Below are positions 60,481 to 64,000 of a DNA stretch of 64,000 bases, one piece after another. The position numbers and the translations under genes are program-made. The notes beneath the pieces are model-generated. The model saw only the letters and a list, made by a program, of their open reading frames with translations. It was not told the DNA's origin and did no database searches. Position 1 is the stretch's first letter. Every line of letters begins with the position of its first letter. The DNA is from Oceanispirochaeta sp. (GTDB lineage Bacteria > Spirochaetota > Spirochaetia > DSM-2461): NCBI GenBank assembly GCA_963663385.2, contig CAXXXD010000002.1, positions 992,001 to 1,056,000 on the forward strand, in the 5' to 3' direction.

Positions 60481-62155
60481 AGCCTTATGGCAATTAATGC
60501 AGCAGGGAGCTTTTTTTTCGGTATTCTTACTAATTCTTCTCGTCTCAAACGGATTGGTCGTTTTTTTCTATCGGAGAAATACGGTAATTACTCTCCGTAC
60601 CGCTGCCATGCGGGTTCAGATGAAGCACCAGCAGCTTGAAGAACGTTCGGTAATGATGAAGATGATGCTTGACCATATTCCGGATCCCATTGTTTTCAGA
60701 GATCCTGATGGTGTCTATGCCTACTGTAATAAAGCGCTGGAACTATTATGGGGTATCAAGCGGGAAGAAATACTGGGAAATTCGCCGGAGAAGCTGTTTC
60801 CAATGGAATCGGATGAGATTAATCGTATTGATGCTGAAGTCCGCAAGGACGGACACAGTATAAAACGTACCAAATGGCTGACCGATAAAACAGGGAAAAA
60901 CCGCTACTTTGAAATCCTGCAAATGCCTTTTGACGGTTTTCCGGATAAAGGACCGGGGGTTCTGGTTTTTTTCAATGATATGACAAAAATAAAGGAAGAG
61001 CTGGCTTCCCTGAGTTTTTTTCATGATACATTGAAGAGGGACCTGCAGGAAAGGGCTCTCTTTTATTCCCAGTTCCTGAGAAAAGCGGTTCACCCTCTGG
61101 AATCGATTCAGAAAAATACGGATTATGTACTGGATCTTGTTCGCGATAATAATGAGGCGAGGAATTCTGTTCGTATTATTGCTGAGGCTGGTCAGCTGAT
61201 GGATTCGTATATCCGGAATCTGGCTTTTCTGGCTTTTCCCGACAAATCGGCTCTGGCCTCCCGTTTTACTGCCAGGGAGACGCTCTCGCTGGAGGACTGG
61301 CAGCATGAACTCAAAAATCGCTGCCAGGTGTTTTCCTTAAAGAGCGGCAAGCCTACATATATTCTCCTCTTCGGAGATGTTCCCGAGAATCTGAAGATCA
61401 ATTATTCCATACTGAATGATCTGCTGGACAGGCTGATTGAAAATGCCGAGCGGTTCAGCCGCGGCGGATTCTATATCATGATACGCATCTATCGGGTAGA
61501 GGAGGGGTATTACTCCATGAATATATCCATTCGGAATCCCGGCAGATGCATACCACAGGCCATGCGTGAAGAGATCTTCAAACCCTTTATTCAGTTGAAT
61601 CAGGAAGAAAACGGCCGTCATGCAGGACTGGGATTAACGGTGGCCAGGCAGCTGGCGGAAAAACTGGGAGGGAGTTTATCCTGTGATCCATCCTGCAGCG
61701 ACGGCGCCCGGTTTCTTCTCTCTCTGCCTCCCATGGCGGGGGATGGACCCGTTATAAGCGGGCATCGTCTTGAAGGGCATTGCCGTGAGTGGCCCTCTTC
61801 CGTTCTGATTGCTGATGATGACAAGGTTTTCAGGGAGCGTTTGGGTAGTCAGCTTAAAAATGCGGGACTGAAGGTCTTTCAGGCCGAGGATGGAAATGAA
61901 GCCAGAAGAATGGTTCTTTCCAGCAAGGCTGAATTACTGATGATCGACAGTAAAATGCCGGGTCTTAACGGCATGGAGGTTTTACAGAGCCTGCAGGATC
62001 AGATTGATTTTTCAAAGCAGGATGTGTATCTGCTTGTTTCCGGTTACAATCCGGAGTTTGAGTCCTGCCCGGGAGATCATGAAAGCCATATAAAAACCCT
62101 CGTAAAGCCCCTGGACTGGTCGCTTCTTATGGATATTCTTGTTATGAAAGGGTAG
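60458..62155 (+). CDS. Hybrid sensor (TM-PAS-HisKA-like-HATPase-REC) with degenerate kinase motifs
   Basis: PAS (IPDPI.F.D.DG.Y.YCN), N-box LIENA.RF, IFKPF, GLGL.VA..LAE.LGG, REC (LIADDD, D..MPG, KP). The H-box His is absent. Confidence 0.8.
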   Translation: MGMAAFLEALWQLMQQGAFFSVFLLILLVSNGLVVFFYRRNTVITLRTAAMRVQMKHQQLEERSVMMKMMLDHIPDPIVFRDPDGVYAYCNKALELLWGIKREEILGNSPEKLFPMESDEINRIDAEVRKDGHSIKRTKWLTDKTGKNRYFEILQMPFDGFPDKGPGVLVFFNDMTKIKEELASLSFFHDTLKRDLQERALFYSQFLRKAVHPLESIQKNTDYVLDLVRDNNEARNSVRIIAEAGQLMDSYIRNLAFLAFPDKSALASRFTARETLSLEDWQHELKNRCQVFSLKSGKPTYILLFGDVPENLKINYSILNDLLDRLIENAERFSRGGFYIMIRIYRVEEGYYSMNISIRNPGRCIPQAMREEIFKPFIQLNQEENGRHAGLGLTVARQLAEKLGGSLSCDPSCSDGARFLLSLPPMAGDGPVISGHRLEGHCREWPSSVLIADDDKVFRERLGSQLKNAGLKVFQAEDGNEARRMVLSSKAELLMIDSKMPGLNGMEVLQSLQDQIDFSKQDVYLLVSGYNPEFESCPGDHESHIKTLVKPLDWSLLMDILVMKG

Positions 62156-62165
62156 AAACTTTTTC

Positions 62166-62200
62166 TTGACAAACTATTAGTAATCATTATTATTATTAAT
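62166..62200 (+). promoter_or_regulatory. perR promoter with an overlapping PerR/Fur-type box
   Basis: TTGACA(62166)-16 nt-TATTAT(62188); AGTAATCATTATT pseudo-palindrome; no SD before ATG 62201. Confidence 0.6.
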
Positions 62201-62590
62201 ATGGAAGAATTCAGAATGACATCCCAGAGGAAACTGATTCTGGAAGAATTGATGTACTCTAGGGAACATCCTTCGGCAGACAGTATCTATGTAAAGGTGA
62301 GAGAACATCTTCCCAATATCAGTTTAGGAACGGTATACAGAAATCTCGAAATCATGGCTAATCAGGGAATGATAATCAAAATTGAAACGCCCGACGGACA
62401 GAAGCGTTTTGATTATAATACAAAACCTCATCCCCATTTTCGGTGTGAAAAGTGCGGAAAAATAGAGGATATACCGCTGGACCTGCGTGCTCCCGAGCCT
62501 GATTTACAGGATCCCTGGGTAAAAGCCCGGAAGATCAGGTCATCTGCGCTCTATTATCAGGGGCTATGCCGGGATTGTGTGGAATCATAA
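62201..62590 (+). CDS. perR: Fur-family regulator, PerR-like
   Basis: R.T.QR..IL, HPSAD.IY, ISLGTVYRNL, H.HFRC..CGKI.D, C..C; heads the oxidative-stress cluster. Confidence 0.85.
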   Translation: MEEFRMTSQRKLILEELMYSREHPSADSIYVKVREHLPNISLGTVYRNLEIMANQGMIIKIETPDGQKRFDYNTKPHPHFRCEKCGKIEDIPLDLRAPEPDLQDPWVKARKIRSSALYYQGLCRDCVES

Positions 62591-62716
62591 AGAATTTTAA
62601 GTGATCTCTTGATTTTGTATTCAGGAGGAATAATCTTTAATAGTGGTTCATGTTTACCGATTACAACTGGACAGACTCTGTATGAGCTGGAATAACTATG
62701 TTTAAGGAGAATATCT

Positions 62717-63292
62717 ATGGCTTCATTGAAGGGAACAAAAACGGAAAAAAACATCTTAACTGCCTTTTGCGGGGAATCCCAGGCACGGAACAGGTATACC
62801 TATTATATCAGTCAGGCAAAAAAAGACGGATTTGTACAGGTTGCTGATGTGTTTGAGGAGACTGCAAATCAGGAGAAGGAACACGCCAAAAGGCTTTTTA
62901 AACTTCTGGAAGGCGGAGAGGTGGAAATCTCCGGAAGTTTTCCCGCTGGTGTAATAGGGACTACTTCAGAAAATCTGGCGGAAGCGGCTGCCGGGGAGCA
63001 CCATGAATGGACTGTGATGTATCCGGAGTTTGCAGAAACAGCAAGAGAAGAGGGATTTCCTGATCTGGCTGTTATATTCGAATCGATAGCCATTGCAGAG
63101 AAACAGCATGAAAAACGCTACCTGGATCTTAAAGCGAATATCGATAACGGAACAGTCTTCAAAAAAGATAAACCCGTAGTATGGCGCTGCAGGAACTGCG
63201 GTTTCCTTTTTGAAGGGACTTCCGCTCCCCAGAAATGCCCGGCCTGTGATCATCCTCAGGCACACTTTGAGTTATTGGGTGAAAACTGGTAG
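62717..63292 (+). CDS. rbr: Rubrerythrin
   Basis: [18 protein letters not shown]...MYP.FA, EK.HE, WRCRNCG...CPAC.HP. Confidence 0.97.
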   Translation: MASLKGTKTEKNILTAFCGESQARNRYTYYISQAKKDGFVQVADVFEETANQEKEHAKRLFKLLEGGEVEISGSFPAGVIGTTSENLAEAAAGEHHEWTVMYPEFAETAREEGFPDLAVIFESIAIAEKQHEKRYLDLKANIDNGTVFKKDKPVVWRCRNCGFLFEGTSAPQKCPACDHPQAHFELLGENW

Positions 63293-63316
63293 AAATACAG
63301 CCTGTAGGAGGACATT

Positions 63317-63697
63317 ATGGGTGTTAAAAAGATTAATGAAGTATACAAGTGCGAACACTGCGGCAATATTGTAGAAGTTGTTACAGTGGGCGGAGCGGAA
63401 CTGGTTTGCTGCGGTGAGCCTATGAAACTGATGGAAGAGAAAACTGCTGATTCATCAACGGAAAAACATGTCCCTGTTATCGAGAAAACGGATACAGGTT
63501 ACAGGGTGACCGTAGGCAGTACCCTTCACCCAATGGTCGAAGATCACTGGATTCAGTGGATTGAACTCCTGGCGGACGGCAGAGTCTATAAGCAGTTTCT
63601 CAATCCCGGGGACCAGCCGGTTGCTGAATTTTGTGTTGATGCATCCGGTGTCACCGCAAGAGAGTACTGTAATAAACACGGCCTCTGGAAGGCCTGA
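63317..63697 (+). CDS. dfx: Desulfoferrodoxin (2Fe superoxide reductase)
   Basis: YKCEHCGN...[16 protein letters not shown]...[13 protein letters not shown]. Confidence 0.97.
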   Translation: MGVKKINEVYKCEHCGNIVEVVTVGGAELVCCGEPMKLMEEKTADSSTEKHVPVIEKTDTGYRVTVGSTLHPMVEDHWIQWIELLADGRVYKQFLNPGDQPVAEFCVDASGVTAREYCNKHGLWKA

Positions 63698-63783
63698 TTA
63701 TATTTGGTAGGATTTTCCTTGCGCTAAGGAAGTAATTATATGATAATTTTTATACCGCCCCTGCGGTATGGAGGTGTAATTTT

Positions 63784-63942
63784 ATGAAATACGTTTGTGA
63801 TGTTTGCGGCTATGTTTATGATCCTGCCGAAGGCGATCCCGATAACGGAGTTGCTCCGGGAACGGAATTCAAGGATCTTCCTGAAGATTGGGTCTGTCCT
63901 CTTTGCGGAGCGGAAAAATCTGATTTCTCTCCCAATGATTAA
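63784..63942 (+). CDS. Rubredoxin (52 aa; below the ORF-track cutoff)
   Basis: [61 protein letters not shown]. Confidence 0.97.
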   Translation: MKYVCDVCGYVYDPAEGDPDNGVAPGTEFKDLPEDWVCPLCGAEKSDFSPND

Positions 63943-63965
63943 TGACCTGTCAATTTGTTAATTAC

Positions 63966-63993
63966 AGGGCTGCCCAGGGGGCAGCCCTTTTTT
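63966..63993 (+). terminator. Rho-independent terminator
   Basis: AGGGCTGCCC-agg-GGGCAGCCCT-TTTTT. Confidence 0.85.
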
Positions 63994-64000
63994 CTTCTAG

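Overview
Bacterial chromosomal window, probably from an anaerobic free-living spirochaete. This is inferred from the 'FA.GQQE' leaders on the binding proteins, a spirochaete/plant-type glycerol-3-phosphate acyltransferase and the rubrerythrin/desulfoferrodoxin/rubredoxin genes. Left to right it holds: (1) an AT-richer sugar-ABC/mannitol-dehydrogenase operon ending in a 14-codon FGGY-kinase stub; (2) DUF2023-flavodoxin and DUF2284 genes; (3) a LacI-controlled ABC/sulfatase/rhamnose-mutarotase operon; (4) a non-pyrrolysine MtmB-family methyltransferase with an NCS2-like permease; (5) enolase; (6) a ~30 kb uncharacterised catabolic locus (17.4-47.1 kb) with an atypical glycyl-radical enzyme and its activase, four UroD/MtaA-fold proteins, two sugar ABC systems and four cytoplasmic sugar-binding-protein/AraC fusion regulators; (7) housekeeping genes (divergent ProRS, acyltransferase, opp operon, a two-component pair with a degenerate kinase, PerR-rbr-dfx-rubredoxin). 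The clearest sequence-level discovery is an IS110 element (23657-25039) inserted into a Shine-Dalgarno sequence. Its ends, AG/CT core, sub-terminal inverted repeats, junction promoter and a two-loop bridge-RNA candidate can be read directly, and the target-loop guides match the reconstructed empty site 8/8 and 8/8. No rRNA, tRNA or CRISPR array was recognised. All product calls come from motif recognition by eye, not database searches.
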